Of a DNA stretch of 44,216 nucleotides, positions 42,852-44,216 are shown piece after piece. How positions within the stretch are numbered: the first letter of the stretch is position 1; each line of letters opens with the position of its first letter. The DNA is taken from positions 1-44,216 of the forward strand of contig SLPQ01000001.1 in NCBI GenBank assembly GCA_007131925.1. The letters run 5' to 3'. The notes under the pieces are model-generated. The model had not been told where the DNA came from. It searched no databases and was given only the letters and a program-made list of their open reading frames with translations. The position numbers were made by a program, and so were the translations under genes. This DNA is from Candidatus Brocadiia bacterium (GTDB taxonomy: Bacteria > Planctomycetota > DG-23 > SLPQ01).

Positions 42852-44216
42852 TCACTTGTCCGGGCGCAGGAGCGGGAACAGTATCACCTCGCGGATGGAG
42901 CGGGTGTCGGTCAACAGCATGACCAGGCGGTCGATACCCACCCCGAGACCCCCCGCAGGCGGCATGCCGTGCTCGAGCGCCATCAGAAAGTCCTCATCAA
43001 GCTGGCCGGCCTGGTCTGCCCCCTCCAGCTGGGTCTGGAAGCGGCGGCGCTGCTCGGCCGGGTCGTTGAGCTCTGTGTATGCGTTTGCAAACTCCATGCC
43101 GGCTATTATCAGCTCAAAACGCTCGGCCACCGCCGCGTCGCCCTTCTTGTGCTTTGTTAGCGGGCAGAGGGGGGTGGGATACTCGGTGACAAAGGTGGGG
43201 TTCACAAGCTCCGGCTCGACAAGCTCCTCGAAAACGTCCTGCACGATGACCATGTGCGGCTTTGAGCCGACCTCTATGCCGGCCGCCTCGGCGGCGGCGG
43301 AGACCTTCCGCTCGTCGTCAAGCGGACATCCTGCGGTCTTTTCAAAAAGCTCGCGGTAAGTACGGCGCGCCCAGGGGTGTGACATGTCTATCTCACAGCC
43401 GTCGAAAGCTATTGTTTCCGAGAGACCGAGCCGGCTGGTCGCGGCGGCGAAGATTGACTCGGTAATTTCCATCATGCCTTTGTAGTCGCTGTAGGCCTGA
43501 TATAGCTCCAGCATTGTGAACTCAGGATTGTGCCTCTGCGAGATGCCCTCGTTGCGGAAGTTTCGGTTTATCTCGTAAACCTTCTCCATGCCGCCGACAA
43601 GCAGCCGCTTGAGATGCAGCTCCGGCGCGATGCGCATATACAGGTCCATATCCAGCGTATTGTGGTGCGTGAGAAAGGGACGCGCGGCAGCGCCGGTAGC
43701 GAGCGTGTGCATCATGGGTGTTTCGACCTCGAGAAAGCCGAGCGAATCGAGGTGCGAGCGTATGGCCTTTATGACTGCGATACGCTTGAGGAAGGTATCC
43801 ATCACCTCCCGGTTTGCGATCAGATCAAGATAGCGCCTGCGATGGCGCGTCTCGATGTCCTTGAGACCATGCCACTTTTCCGGGAGCGGTCTGAGGCTCT
43901 TGGTCAAGAGGCGGACGCTGTCTGCAAAGACGGTTATCTCTCCAGTGCGCGTTTTCATGAGGCCGCCGTCAGCGGCGACCAGGTCGCCTATATCAAGGAG
44001 CCCGGCAAGTGTCCAGGACTCCTCGCCGAGGCGGTTTTTCTGAAGATACGCCTGTATCTTGCCTGTCCAGTCAGTGATATCGACAAAGATGCTCTTGCCG
44101 TGCGCCCTAAGTGCGGTTATGCGTCCGGCCACTCTCACAGGCGTGCCTTCGGTCTGGTCATCGTAGAGGTCGAGTGCCGCGGCGACGGCTATCGTGCTGT
44201 CAAGCCTGCCGCCGTA
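42852..44216 (-). CDS. lysS: Lysine--tRNA ligase (class II), N-terminus runs off the window end
   Basis: FLEVETPMMH (motif 1 region), NFRNEGISQRHNPEFTMLELYQAY (motif 2), and GMPPAGGLGVGIDRLVMLLT (motif 3). The frame stays open upstream of the track start (44138) to 44216 (YGGRLDSTIAVAAALDLYDDQTEGTPVRVAGR...). Confidence 0.92.
   Translation of the reverse strand, partial: YGGRLDSTIAVAAALDLYDDQTEGTPVRVAGRITALRAHGKSIFVDITDWTGKIQAYLQKNRLGEESWTLAGLLDIGDLVAADGGLMKTRTGEITVFADSVRLLTKSLRPLPEKWHGLKDIETRHRRRYLDLIANREVMDTFLKRIAVIKAIRSHLDSLGFLEVETPMMHTLATGAAARPFLTHHNTLDMDLYMRIAPELHLKRLLVGGMEKVYEINRNFRNEGISQRHNPEFTMLELYQAYSDYKGMMEITESIFAAATSRLGLSETIAFDGCEIDMSHPWARRTYRELFEKTAGCPLDDERKVSAAAEAAGIEVGSKPHMVIVQDVFEELVEPELVNPTFVTEYPTPLCPLTKHKKGDAAVAERFELIIAGMEFANAYTELNDPAEQRRRFQTQLEGADQAGQLDEDFLMALEHGMPPAGGLGVGIDRLVMLLTDTRSIREVILFPLLRPDK

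Overview
High-GC bacterial chromosomal segment (about 60-63% GC by hand counts of sampled 60-nt lines). I support 35 CDS plus one doubtful small ORF. I saw no rRNA, tRNA, CRISPR array, integrase or transposase. Most genes are housekeeping and lie on the + strand. In order: rnc (partial, -), cysS, a membrane protein, trkH-trkA K+ uptake, a CDF metal exporter, a HAD hydrolase (-), an LPS-kinase-family gene plus a LapA-like gene, and gdhA. Then comes a three-gene split (archaeal-type) glutamate synthase interrupted by a secreted HEAT-like gene, followed by a five-gene Opp/Dpp-type peptide ABC operon. After that: a DinB-like gene (-), a secreted and anchored hypothetical, hemC, rfbB, a low-GC type II restriction-modification pair, ruvC-recG, and tldD-aminotransferase-pmbA. 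The window ends with a methyltransferase/ATP-grasp fusion, an orphan PilB/GspE-like ATPase (-), a DUF342/FapA gene, a heparinase II/III-like gene and lysS (partial, -). Four candidates stand out for something new. (1) The low-GC R-M island (25.2-27.2 kb), whose SPPY methylase carries a catalytically degenerate SNase-like C-terminal domain and whose flanking spacers look duplicated. (2) The basic-tail/SAM-methyltransferase/Ddl-like ATP-grasp fusion (34.5-36.5 kb). (3) The divergent pair of an orphan PilB-like ATPase with two tandem MshEN-type (c-di-GMP receptor-like) motif modules and a DUF342 protein; their lower-GC control region contains a perfect 15-bp tandem repeat. (4) A TrkH with a four-helix voltage-sensor-like N-terminal extension. 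All family assignments rest on motif recognition by eye. No database search was possible.
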